Source: Paludibacteraceae bacterium
Lineage (GTDB): Bacteria > Bacteroidota > Bacteroidia > Bacteroidales > Paludibacteraceae
Direction of reading: 5' to 3'
Assembly (NCBI GenBank): GCA_024400135.1
Contig: JAKSNE010000001.1
Coordinates: 1-53,642, forward strand
Length of the DNA: 53,642 nt
In this document: piece after piece, positions 29,077-38,022 of the stretch
How positions within the stretch are numbered: position 1 is the first letter of the stretch
Layout of the letters: each line of letters begins with the position of its first letter
Notes under the pieces: generated by a model
Database searches by the model: none
Seen by the model: only the letters and a program-made list of their open reading frames with translations
What the model was told of the DNA's origin: nothing
Program-made: the position numbers and the translations under genes

Positions 29077-31006
29077 AAATAATTTGTGCATGACCATTGA
29101 AGGCGGGGAGGGTTATTGAATTTTGAATTATGAATTTTGAATTTTGAAGGTGGGCGGTGGGGTTGCCGTTGTGGTAACCTAAGACGCGGACGGGTTGTGC
29201 CCATTCGATTTGAATAGAGTCGCAAGCGGTGGGACAGAAGTGCCCTTTCTTATCAAGCAACGTGATATCCATAATCGTAGTACCGCTATAGGTAACGGTA
29301 TCGAACGTCACTTGCGTAGCGGGTCCGGCGGTATAGACTTTCTCGCGTTTAGCGACACGACCGTTCTTATATCCGATGGCTTCGACCAAACCGGGTTGAT
29401 AGACGGTTTTCCACTCAAGGTGTCCTACTTTAGGCATCGTTTGGCGAGCGAGGCGTTTGCCATTGACGCGCAGTTCGACCTCGTCCATATTCGAATAGAC
29501 CCATACAGCGACGCTATCGCCTTCCTGTCCCTCAAGATTCCAGTGGGGAAGAATATGTAGCACAGGTTTATTGGTCCAAACAGATTGCAGGAAATACGCT
29601 TCGTCTTTCATGAATCCGCATAGGTCGAGTACGCCAAACAGGCTACTGACGGAGGGCCACTGAGCGGGATTAGGTTCGCCTTTGTAGTCAAAACCGGTCC
29701 AATAGAAGATTCCTCGTATCCAGTCGTTAGCAAGCACATTCTGCCAGCCGTGTTCGATGGCATCGTTATAGGTAGCAACGCCTCGCGTACCGCAGCCGGT
29801 GGTTTCTTCCGTCATGACAGCCAGACGATCGGAGAAGGAGTCGTGAAAAGCGGCGAGGTTGTTTTGTTTCATATAGTTGAATCCCGCCACATCAACACCC
29901 CAAACGATATTTGGTCCGGAGGAGGTTGCGACGGTCACGGGTCGGGTGCTATCGAGTTCGTGGCACCACTTAGTCATCGTACGAGCGATACGTTCGCCTG
30001 TCTCGTTCCATTCCAGTCCCCACTCCTCGTTGCCTATGCTCCAAAGGATGATAGAGGGGTGATGTTTATCGCGTTCAATCATCTGCTTGAGGGCTTGATA
30101 GTCTCGCTCGGAAGCGCCCATCAACCTATTCTCGGCAATGACGTATAGTCCGAGGCTGTCACATAAGTCGAGCAAGTCGGGTGCCGCAGGGTTATGGCTC
30201 ATACGGATAGCGTTCACACCGATATCCATGAGTTTGCGAAGGCGATACTCCATCAGTCCTTTCGTGACGGCTATACCGACGCCGCCGTGGTCTTGGTGGA
30301 GGCAGACGCCACGGAGTGGCGAAAGGATCGCCTCCGGCTGAAAGACCGCTGCGCTGTAAGACCGCTGCGCTGAAAGACCGCTCGTTTCACTCGCTGTAAG
30401 ACCCGCTGACGCTCCTTCGGCTGAAGGATTATTGTTGCCTATTGTCAAATAGACGTTGCGGTAGATTCCTGCACCTTCGTAGAACCAGCCTTCTTGGAGA
30501 GATGCATCGACGCGCACACAGATGAGGTTTTCGCCCGCGTGCAGGTAATCGGTCACGGTATAGGTTTGGGTTAGGTATCCGCTTTCGGTGTGTCCCACAT
30601 AGAACCCGTTGACCCACACACGCGCGTCGCGGAAGATCCCCTCAAACACAAGGCGATGAGGGGTGGTATAATCGACCGTATCGAGCGTAACGATCTTGCG
30701 ATACCACCCTACACTATTTTCAGGATAGGCATAACCAATCGTTTGGTAGCCATGGCTATGGCTGGCTTTGGGGTCGTGAGGGAGCGTTGTTGCCCAATCG
30801 TGAGGGACTTGTACCACCTGCCAAGCGGAGTCGTTGAACGAAAGAGTATAAGGTCCCTCGTTATGGATACTGTTCGCTTTGGTAAGGTAGTTAAAATATT
30901 CGGTCCCGCAGCCGAAGTCCTTTGAAGGATCGGCACCGTTACCCAATGCAAAACGCCAATCGGCGTTGAGGTTGAAGACCGTTAGAAAAATGAGTAGCAG
31001 GCGCAT
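29024..31006 (-). CDS. Glycoside hydrolase family 2 (beta-galactosidase-like), apparently lacking the Ig-like domain 2
   Basis: The sugar-binding domain ends at GWFYEGAGIYRNVYLT. TIM-barrel motifs include LRGVCLHQDHGGVG, IRMSHNP and WSIGNEE. At 660 aa it is short for GH2. Confidence 0.7.
   Translation of the reverse strand: MRLLLIFLTVFNLNADWRFALGNGADPSKDFGCGTEYFNYLTKANSIHNEGPYTLSFNDSAWQVVQVPHDWATTLPHDPKASHSHGYQTIGYAYPENSVGWYRKIVTLDTVDYTTPHRLVFEGIFRDARVWVNGFYVGHTESGYLTQTYTVTDYLHAGENLICVRVDASLQEGWFYEGAGIYRNVYLTIGNNNPSAEGASAGLTASETSGLSAQRSYSAAVFQPEAILSPLRGVCLHQDHGGVGIAVTKGLMEYRLRKLMDIGVNAIRMSHNPAAPDLLDLCDSLGLYVIAENRLMGASERDYQALKQMIERDKHHPSIILWSIGNEEWGLEWNETGERIARTMTKWCHELDSTRPVTVATSSGPNIVWGVDVAGFNYMKQNNLAAFHDSFSDRLAVMTEETTGCGTRGVATYNDAIEHGWQNVLANDWIRGIFYWTGFDYKGEPNPAQWPSVSSLFGVLDLCGFMKDEAYFLQSVWTNKPVLHILPHWNLEGQEGDSVAVWVYSNMDEVELRVNGKRLARQTMPKVGHLEWKTVYQPGLVEAIGYKNGRVAKREKVYTAGPATQVTFDTVTYSGTTIMDITLLDKKGHFCPTACDSIQIEWAQPVRVLGYHNGNPTAHLQNSKFIIQNSITLPAFNGHAQIIYETHSNCVSGLNARLVR
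29115..29148. repeat. TTGAATT heptamer array x5 in the GH2 3' region
   Basis: ttgaattttgaattatgaattttgaattttgaagg encodes LQNSKFIIQNS. It lies 18-39 nt upstream of the GH31 start candidates. Confidence 0.85.
30337..30427. repeat. 16-nt tandem repeat CTG(A/T)AAGACCGCTGCG (3 good units plus degenerate units) inside GH2
   Basis: ctgaaagaccgctgcg ctgtaagaccgctgcg ctgaaagaccgctcg... encodes SAEGASAGLTASETSGLSAQRSYSAAVFQP. Confidence 0.85.
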
Positions 31007-31017
31007 AGTTGGCGGGA

Positions 31018-32265
31018 TTAATACGTGAGGCGATAAACGACTACATCGTGAGACGGGATAGTGACTTTGCGCGATTTGTTCGATGGTGCTTCTTCTTTTC
31101 CTGCCCAGATGTTATACACCTTATAATTATGAGAGCCCGTTTCGAAAGTGAGTCGAGAGAGGTTGTCGAACATGTGGAAGTCGGCAAAGTCCAGCGTGAT
31201 GGTGCGAGAGCTGAGGGTGCGGTTGAGGATACAGAATGCCCATGCTCCGGACTGGAGAGGTTTGAGCCAATACTCAAGTCCGGATTCGGTGCGGTATCTG
31301 AGTCCTTGTATGCCTAGCGGGTCTTGGTCGATAGCGATCATGTCTTTATTCATCACGAGAGCTGCCGTAGCGGGAGACATCGAGCGGATATCGTTACCGA
31401 GGATGAGCGGAGCAGCCATCATACACCACATAGAGAAGTGAGCTCTGTCTTCGCTCTCGGTCATACCATTTCCAACCTCCATCATGTCGGGGTCGTTCCA
31501 ATGGTTAGGTCCGGCAAACTGACGCAGTTTCTCGTTCTTGTCCATGATTTGTAGCACGCCGAGTGATTTCCATCCGCCGTGGTCAAGTTCGCAGTCGAAG
31601 CAGCAGTTGACGTCACCGGTGGTACGCCAGAGGTGACCCACATTCTCCGCCCAGCTATAAGCCTGAGTGTCCCCCCATTCGCAGAGCGAGAAGACAATGT
31701 CTCGACCGGAAGCACGCAGGGCTTTTGCCATGAGGGAGTAAGCACCTTTGGAGTTGACATTCTCGGTGTTACACCAGTCATACTTGAGGTAGTCGATACC
31801 CCAGCGAGCATATTGGAGTGCGTCTTGATATTCGTGTCCTAAGCTACCGGGTTTGCCTCCGCAGGTGGCGGAACCGGCATCGGAGTAGATACCTATCTTC
31901 AGTCCTTTGCTATGCACATAGTCTGCGAGGGCTTTCATACCAGAGGGGAAACGGACCGGATCGGGTTGAATGAAACCGTCGGCATCGCGCTCGCCGTGCC
32001 AGCAATCGTCGAGGTTAAGATAGATATATCCGGCATCTTTAAGTCCGGTAGCGACCATCTCGTCGGCCATAGCCTTGATAAGGTCTTCGTTAATGTCGCA
32101 AGCAAACGTGTTCCAAGACGACCAACCCATAGGAGGTGTCGGGCAGAGGAGTGGTTTGGCAGGTATATCTTCAGAGAAGATAACCGGTTGCGGTTGTTGA
32201 GCACTTAGAGGGGTAAATGACAAAGTGCAGAGCACTAATAGAATGATGGATTGATGAGTTTTCAT
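31018..32265 (-). CDS. Alpha-galactosidase, glycoside hydrolase family 27
   Basis: PPMGWSSWNTFACDINE, YIYLNLDDCW and YLKYDWC motifs, plus a signal peptide. Confidence 0.9.
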   Translation of the reverse strand: MKTHQSIILLVLCTLSFTPLSAQQPQPVIFSEDIPAKPLLCPTPPMGWSSWNTFACDINEDLIKAMADEMVATGLKDAGYIYLNLDDCWHGERDADGFIQPDPVRFPSGMKALADYVHSKGLKIGIYSDAGSATCGGKPGSLGHEYQDALQYARWGIDYLKYDWCNTENVNSKGAYSLMAKALRASGRDIVFSLCEWGDTQAYSWAENVGHLWRTTGDVNCCFDCELDHGGWKSLGVLQIMDKNEKLRQFAGPNHWNDPDMMEVGNGMTESEDRAHFSMWCMMAAPLILGNDIRSMSPATAALVMNKDMIAIDQDPLGIQGLRYRTESGLEYWLKPLQSGAWAFCILNRTLSSRTITLDFADFHMFDNLSRLTFETGSHNYKVYNIWAGKEEAPSNKSRKVTIPSHDVVVYRLTY

Positions 32266-33302
32266 TATTTTTGCAGGTTATGATGACGAATGATATTAAG
32301 AGTCGTGGTATCCGTCGGCAGAACGGAGTTCAGTCCCTGAGGCTCTTGCGGAGGGTCTTGCTTCCAGCACCAGAAATTAGCCCCAATAAGATGCGGTACG
32401 GTCTGAAGGCTTTCGAAGATAAGACGATACATCTCGTCGCGTTGAGTGGTGGGGGTACCGGGCTCTAACGAACCATTATCGCGCGGGAAACCAAACTCCT
32501 CGATGATAAACGGCTTATCAATACGGGTAGCGATATCCTCATGCCATTGGATATAGGCTTTGACGTTCGCTTTCCAGTCGATACCCTCCTTTAGCCAACC
32601 CCAGTTATAGGGCCATATATGGCAGGTCATATAATCGATCTCGGGTATCTCGTGGATACGGCGGCAGAGAACGGAGTCCTCGTTGCAGCCCCATATACCT
32701 TCCGAACCGGTAGTGACTTTATGATTAGGGTCGAGTTTTTTGATAAGTTTAGCCTCATGGTCAATGAAGGCAACAAACACGTTGGGGTCTTGCCCGAAAG
32801 CGCGTGGTTCATTGGCTATTTGCCAAGCATAGATAGAGCGATAGTGTTTGTATTTATTAACCACCGTGGTGACATATTCGTCAAACAATGCCACGGCTTC
32901 GGGGTTGCTCAGGAATCGTCCTGCATGCTCCATATAGTAAGGATAACCTACTTCGGCAGGCAGCAGAACGGGTTCACCCGTAGCTCGGTTATGATACTGC
33001 TCATAGCCGGTGGACCACTCCCACGCGTTGGTGAGGAAGAGCACGGCTTGCATATTGCGTTTTTCGAGTTCGGCGAGTAGCGGATCGAGGTCTTCACCAT
33101 CGGTCGCTTTCACGCGGATGTTATTGACTCCGATAGCCTGTAAGGCATCGAGTTCGTTGATGTCACCGTTCCATAAGTTAGCGCCCACAAAAGTGGACTC
33201 TTTAACTTGACGATTGGACTTTTTGAAAAGGTTGAAAAAGCTAATAGCAGCACAAAAAAGGGAACAAGCTATTAGAAAATAAAAAATTTTTTCTTTTTTC
33301 AT
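32265..33302 (-). CDS. Glycoside hydrolase family 5, beta-mannanase-like
   Basis: The WQIANEPR acid/base context is typical of GH5 mannanases. TAATG 1-nt overlap with the GH27 start and ATGA overlap with the esterase stop. Confidence 0.65.
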   Translation of the reverse strand: MKKEKIFYFLIACSLFCAAISFFNLFKKSNRQVKESTFVGANLWNGDINELDALQAIGVNNIRVKATDGEDLDPLLAELEKRNMQAVLFLTNAWEWSTGYEQYHNRATGEPVLLPAEVGYPYYMEHAGRFLSNPEAVALFDEYVTTVVNKYKHYRSIYAWQIANEPRAFGQDPNVFVAFIDHEAKLIKKLDPNHKVTTGSEGIWGCNEDSVLCRRIHEIPEIDYMTCHIWPYNWGWLKEGIDWKANVKAYIQWHEDIATRIDKPFIIEEFGFPRDNGSLEPGTPTTQRDEMYRLIFESLQTVPHLIGANFWCWKQDPPQEPQGLNSVLPTDTTTLNIIRHHNLQK

Positions 33303-34771
33303 TGTTTATCAGTTCTAAATGGAACAATCGGTAAATAGCGCATATTGGCAAGGTTGCCTATTTGGAAATTGCGGAAGCAATAACGAACGGCAGCCGGATG
33401 TTCTACACCTTCGGCAGTGAAACGAAGGGCGTGAGGCACATCTTGTATGCCATTGATGATAGCGGGATGTACGTTTCCGTTCTCGTCAATGACTTCAAAG
33501 CCCTTGTAGTCGTGCCAACGCGAGAAACCATCGGCGCAGTTGGTGAAATATACATCAATATGGTTATCCTTCATCTCGTGACGCGCATAACGCGGTGCAT
33601 CGGCATAAACGGTATGGAAGCCATAGTCATGGTTGAGGGCGAGATAAGCGAGGCGTTCGCCTACGACTTGTTTCTGGGCAGGATGGACATTGTCAATCTC
33701 GTAGTCATAGACGAGGTCATTGGTGCTCACGCCTTTGCAGTAAGGTACGCGGTCCTCCAATGCCCATTGTGATTCGCGCAGTTCGGCCGCCCAAGCGGCA
33801 TCGGCATCGCCGTGGCGGAAGGGCGCTATCTCAACGAAATAGAACGGCATCTTATCGTTGTTCCATAGTCCGCGAACATACTTAACGAGCGTCTCCATAC
33901 GGTCGGTATAGGTGTCAGCGTGACCAACGTTCGAGCAACCTTGATACCAAAGCCAGCCTTTAACCGTATAATAATGACAAGGCCAAAGCATACCATCGTG
34001 CATGATGAGCGGACTGAGATAGAGTTGTTTGTCTGCAATCTCTTTCATCGCTTTGTCGGAAAGGTCCACATCCTTGTAAGTGTTGAGGATCTCACGAGGC
34101 AACCAGCCTTCTACGCGGCTACCACCCCAAGAGCAGTTGATGATACCCACCGGAATATCCAGTGCTTGTTGCAATAACTTAGCGAAGAAATAAGCCGTCG
34201 CACCAAAACGAGGAGCATTGAAAGCATTGCACTCGTACCAGCCTCCCGACACATTCTCTTGCGGTGTGGTGGCTTGGATATGGTCGATGATAGCATAGCG
34301 AATCTTACCTGCATATTGACCGGCAAGAGCGATCTCTTTGTTCGCACCTTCGGTAGGACATTGCCAGAAGCCCATGAGGGGCATCTCCATGTTAGATTGT
34401 CCGCTACCGAACCATACCTCACCGATGAGCACGTTATTGACTTGAACGGGATCGGGATTGTAATAAGCGCGTTTAGTAGGCGTCTCTACAAACGTAAGCG
34501 TGTGCTCCGTATAAGAGGCAGCGGGTGTGGCTAAGGTCACAGACCAACGTCCGTCTTTACCTACGGTTGTTTCGGCTTGTTCGCCCCAAGTGGCATAAAC
34601 GGAAACGGTGTTACCCGGAGTAGCCGTACCCCAAAGGTTAACGTTCGTTTGCTGTTGTAACAACATGTTGTCGCAAATAAGCGATGGCAATTCAAGCGCC
34701 ATTACTGTGGACAGAGGACAAAGGACAAGAGACAAAAGACAAAAGAGTGAGAAAAATTTTAAGTGTTTCAT
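33299..34771 (-). CDS. Sialate O-acetylesterase-family (SASA/SGNH-like) carbohydrate acetylesterase
   Basis: GEVWFGSGQSNME has the GQSN nucleotide-free SGNH block, and WYQGCSN is also present. 490 aa with a signal peptide. Confidence 0.7.
   Translation of the reverse strand: MKHLKFFSLFCLLSLVLCPLSTVMALELPSLICDNMLLQQQTNVNLWGTATPGNTVSVYATWGEQAETTVGKDGRWSVTLATPAASYTEHTLTFVETPTKRAYYNPDPVQVNNVLIGEVWFGSGQSNMEMPLMGFWQCPTEGANKEIALAGQYAGKIRYAIIDHIQATTPQENVSGGWYECNAFNAPRFGATAYFFAKLLQQALDIPVGIINCSWGGSRVEGWLPREILNTYKDVDLSDKAMKEIADKQLYLSPLIMHDGMLWPCHYYTVKGWLWYQGCSNVGHADTYTDRMETLVKYVRGLWNNDKMPFYFVEIAPFRHGDADAAWAAELRESQWALEDRVPYCKGVSTNDLVYDYEIDNVHPAQKQVVGERLAYLALNHDYGFHTVYADAPRYARHEMKDNHIDVYFTNCADGFSRWHDYKGFEVIDENGNVHPAIINGIQDVPHALRFTAEGVEHPAAVRYCFRNFQIGNLANMRYLPIVPFRTDKQ
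34709..34752. repeat. GGACAAA-type heptamer array forming the esterase signal-peptide codons
   Basis: ggacagaggacaaaggacaagagacaaaagacaaaagagtgag encodes (on the minus strand) SLFCLLSLVLCPLS. Confidence 0.85.
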
Positions 34772-34783
34772 AAGATTATTAAA

Positions 34784-35911
34784 TTATGAGTTATAAGATA
34801 ATATTTGTAAACATAAACGTGAATTATGATAGGGGCATTTCCAGAAGCCCGCTTTATCTGCCAGACCGCTAACGCTGGCAGACCGCTGCGCTGAAAGATT
34901 GGGATATTCCCACCACTCGCCGTGGTCAAAGTCGATGAAGTATTGTTGGGTTGCTTCCCAACAATGCTCGGCAATGCGTAGGTTCTCTTCGCCTCCGAAA
35001 CGATGGTAGATATTCGTATAACCGATGATGGTCTCGCATTGTTCCCACCAAGTACCTTCCATCAGGCCATTAGGCTGCAAGCCTTCTTTCGCGGCTTGGG
35101 CTACACGACGCACCGTCTCGTCTTCGTTGACACCAATCACCTCGCAGGCTTCATCCAGCAACCACGAGAACTCGATGTCGTGACCGCAAGAGTGCGCTGT
35201 ATTCATAGGTTTCCAATCCATGTCAAAGAATAGACCCAAATGCCCATTCGGCTGAATAATATGCTGTTTGAAGACATCGATGAGGCGTAAGATAGAGTGT
35301 TTAAGTTCCTCCGTAGGCCATACGCGATAGAGGTTCGTATAGGGTTCTAAGATATGCAAGTGCGTGTTTTGAGACTTGGGTGCATTGAGGTCTTTCTCGC
35401 TCAAACGATAGTCCTCGATCTTACTCCAATCGCGCTGCGTAGCCTCTATGTATCCGCCTTGCCTAGGATCCCAAGCGTGCTGCTCAAGGCAGTGGTAAAG
35501 GTCGATGGCGTATGGTAAAACCGTGACGTCTCCCGTCGCGCGGACATACTCCGTTAGCCCATAAATGACAAATCCTAAGGCATAGAACTGTTTACGGTCG
35601 TTGACGGGATTGCCTAAATAATCGAGTTCCCAATACACGCCACCGTATTGGCGATCAATGAAATGCTCTAAGATATAGTTCTTGGCATTCGTGGCTGCCT
35701 CCAAGTATTCCTTATTACCTAACGCGCGATAGGCAGCAGAGAAGGTCCAAAGAATACGACCATAAAGGATGGCTCCCCTATTGGCATTCTGTACAACCGT
35801 CTCGTCTGCGAGCACCTGCCCGTAGAACCCACCGTGTTCCTTATCCTGCAACCGCAGCCAATAAGGTAAGATATTCGTCGTTAAGACTTCTTTAAACTCT
35901 AAACTTTCCAC
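34784..35911 (-). CDS. AGE-superfamily cellobiose/mannobiose 2-epimerase
   Basis: ILPYWLRLQDKEHGGFYG, the NTHLHILEPYTNLY histidine motif, and CGHDIEFSWLL. GTG start 6 nt after the MFS stop. Confidence 0.8.
   Translation of the reverse strand: MESLEFKEVLTTNILPYWLRLQDKEHGGFYGQVLADETVVQNANRGAILYGRILWTFSAAYRALGNKEYLEAATNAKNYILEHFIDRQYGGVYWELDYLGNPVNDRKQFYALGFVIYGLTEYVRATGDVTVLPYAIDLYHCLEQHAWDPRQGGYIEATQRDWSKIEDYRLSEKDLNAPKSQNTHLHILEPYTNLYRVWPTEELKHSILRLIDVFKQHIIQPNGHLGLFFDMDWKPMNTAHSCGHDIEFSWLLDEACEVIGVNEDETVRRVAQAAKEGLQPNGLMEGTWWEQCETIIGYTNIYHRFGGEENLRIAEHCWEATQQYFIDFDHGEWWEYPNLSAQRSASVSGLADKAGFWKCPYHNSRLCLQILSYNS
34858..34896. repeat. Second locus of the 16-nt CTGNNAGACCGCTGCG repeat, inside the epimerase gene
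   Basis: ctgccagaccgctaacg ctggcagaccgctgcg ctgaaag encodes LSAQRSASVSGLADK. Confidence 0.8.
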
Positions 35912-35920
35912 TCTACACTA
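35892..35920. repeat. Heptamer array (antisense orientation) spanning the MFS stop and the epimerase start
   Basis: ttaaactctaaactttccactctacacta. The minus strand reads TAG-tgt-aga-GTG-gaa-agt-tta-gag-ttt-aaa. Confidence 0.8.
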
Positions 35921-37315
35921 CTTTTTAATTGGGAATCGATATACCAGCCAAGCCATGATCAAGGCTATTCCTGCCGGAATCAGCGAGAACAAGCACCAGA
36001 TCATCGTCTGTACTGCCGATTCGTTCGTGATGGTCACAATCGTTTCGCCCGTCAACATATCTTGAGAGGACACTAAACCTGCCCAACCTAATAGAGCTGC
36101 AATGAGCGAACCCGAGATAGCTCCGCCGAGTTTTTGAGCCATCGTACCCGAGGAGAAGATCAATCCCGTAGAAGAAGTTCCGAAAGTCTCTGTAGCATAG
36201 TCTGCCACATCGGCATACATCGACCACAATAGAGGTGAATAAATACCTATACCCATGGAAGTAAGGATAACCACTAAAATCATAAGCCACATATAAGCCG
36301 AATCCATCGGGATGAAGAAGAACATAACCGAAGTCACAACGCAAATAAACGCGGCAATGATAAAGGCTTTACGTTTGCTGCCCACCCATTTCGTGAAGGC
36401 GGGCGAGATACCGCCAAAAATCATACACGTCACCTCACCTATCGCCATAAAGACGGTGAAGTTAATAATGATAGTAGGATCAATGTTCCAATTACCAATG
36501 TGTATTGTTCCTATCCATTCCGATAATCCGGTCAGGAGCACGTCACCACCCAAGCAGTACGTAAACAGATAAGCGGCAACAGCATAACGGAAACCGTTAA
36601 AGAAATTAGTGAATATTCCGGTAGCGGTCAGATAGAGCCAAGGTTTGTTCTTGAACAAATCCACAAACTGCTTAAAGTCATATTTCTCTGCGCGTTTGGG
36701 TTTGATACGCTCCTTGGTCATCAGTCCGCAAAGCATAGTCATCAACGCAGCCAGTCCGCCAAAGACCGCACCGATAACTGCATATTGGTGCGCCTCTGTC
36801 CCGCCAATCCATTTCTGAACGTAGGGGAAGATAAGAAGGGTGATAAAGCCCATCAGATAAGCACCCACCATACGATAAGACGAGAACTGGTTTTTCTCGT
36901 TATCATCATCGGTCATCACACCCAGCAGCGAACCGTAAGGCACATTAACAGCAGTATAAGCCGCCATCATAAGCAGGTAGAACGTATAAGCATAGATGCG
37001 TTTGCCCACGGGACCGAGGTCGGGAGTAAAGAGCAAAAGCGCAAAGATCAATCCGTAAGGGATAGCTCCGAAGATGAGCCACGGACGATACGTACCCCAT
37101 TTGGATTGCGTACGGTCTGCCAGCGAGCCCATCAGCGGGTCAGTCACTACGTCAAACAGACGAGCAATCAACATAAGGATAGCGGCATCCGCAAAACTAA
37201 GTCCGAAAACATTGGTAAAAAACACAGGAAAAGCAATCGACATGATTTTCCACGTGATACCGCCCGCAGCGGCGTCGCCCATTGCATAAGCGAGTTTTTC
37301 TTTAATTGAAGCCAT
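35918..37315 (-). CDS. GPH-family (glycoside-pentoside-hexuronide):cation symporter, MFS superfamily
   Basis: 465 aa with 12 TM segments. N-terminus KLAYAMGDAA... and LADRTQSKWGTYRPW are typical of MelB/GPH transporters. Confidence 0.85.
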   Translation of the reverse strand: MASIKEKLAYAMGDAAAGGITWKIMSIAFPVFFTNVFGLSFADAAILMLIARLFDVVTDPLMGSLADRTQSKWGTYRPWLIFGAIPYGLIFALLLFTPDLGPVGKRIYAYTFYLLMMAAYTAVNVPYGSLLGVMTDDDNEKNQFSSYRMVGAYLMGFITLLIFPYVQKWIGGTEAHQYAVIGAVFGGLAALMTMLCGLMTKERIKPKRAEKYDFKQFVDLFKNKPWLYLTATGIFTNFFNGFRYAVAAYLFTYCLGGDVLLTGLSEWIGTIHIGNWNIDPTIIINFTVFMAIGEVTCMIFGGISPAFTKWVGSKRKAFIIAAFICVVTSVMFFFIPMDSAYMWLMILVVILTSMGIGIYSPLLWSMYADVADYATETFGTSSTGLIFSSGTMAQKLGGAISGSLIAALLGWAGLVSSQDMLTGETIVTITNESAVQTMIWCLFSLIPAGIALIMAWLVYRFPIKK

Positions 37316-37551
37316 ATTATTAGTGATTAGTATTATTGTGTTAATTTTCTTTGGTTGTTTTTATCTCTCACAGATTACACTGATTACACTGATTATTTTT
37401 TATTATTTCCTCCTATTTATTTATTCTCGGATTGTGAGTAAACTCTCATCCATCAAATAAATCAATAGTAGGAGAAGGCTTGCTCCGCTAAACCTTCTGT
37501 GTCTGCTATGCAGCCACAATAAGAGCTTATTAGCGGTTTTATTCCACAGAT

Positions 37552-37592
37552 CCTCTTGTTTCTTGTTTCTTGTTCTTTCTCTTCTGCCTCCG
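37552..37592. repeat. TCTTGTT heptamer array (3 perfect units plus degenerate units)
   Basis: tcttgtttcttgtttcttgttctttctcttctgcc is followed by the GC-rich hairpins ggggc...gcccc and gggg-cgct-cccc. Confidence 0.85.
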
Positions 37593-37647
37593 CTCGTCGG
37601 GGCATTCCGTCGCCCCTTGCCGCGGGGCGCTCCCCTTCGTTGCGAGG

Positions 37648-38022
37648 TTAGTTAATAATTCTAATTACACTTTTTTCATCAAGCGATGTAGCGTTAAAGT
37701 TAATAAGCAGTCCTAACTTCTTGTCTGCTAATCGCAAGTACGATAATAATTGTTTTTTATGTAAATCCGTTAATGTATCAACGGATTTTAGTTCTATAAT
37801 CACTCGATCTTCTACCAATAAATCCATCTTTAGTTCGTTGCCAATCTCGTGACCATTGTATAGTATAGGTATCGCAACCTCTCGTCTCACATTATACCCT
37901 GCATCTAAAAGTTCGTAGTATAGTGCCTTTTGGTACAGGCTCTCTAATAGTCCCGGACCCAAAGTCGCGTGTACCTTAAATGCCGCACCTCGTATCGCGT
38001 ATGTCAACTCATTATCTGTCAT
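37648..38022 (-). CDS. GxxExxY protein (PD-(D/E)XK-like, PDDEXK_3 family)
   Basis: 124 aa. It has the signature GPGLLESLY (GxxExxY) and the nuclease-like core DLLVEDRVIIELK. Confidence 0.85.
   Translation of the reverse strand: MTDNELTYAIRGAAFKVHATLGPGLLESLYQKALYYELLDAGYNVRREVAIPILYNGHEIGNELKMDLLVEDRVIIELKSVDTLTDLHKKQLLSYLRLADKKLGLLINFNATSLDEKSVIRIIN

Noticed and set aside
29024-31006. Annotating the GH2 gene as a pseudogene
   Set aside because: The reading frame is intact from a signal peptide to a stop. The suspected domain loss is in-frame and needs an alignment or HMM to confirm, so I kept it as a CDS with a caveat.
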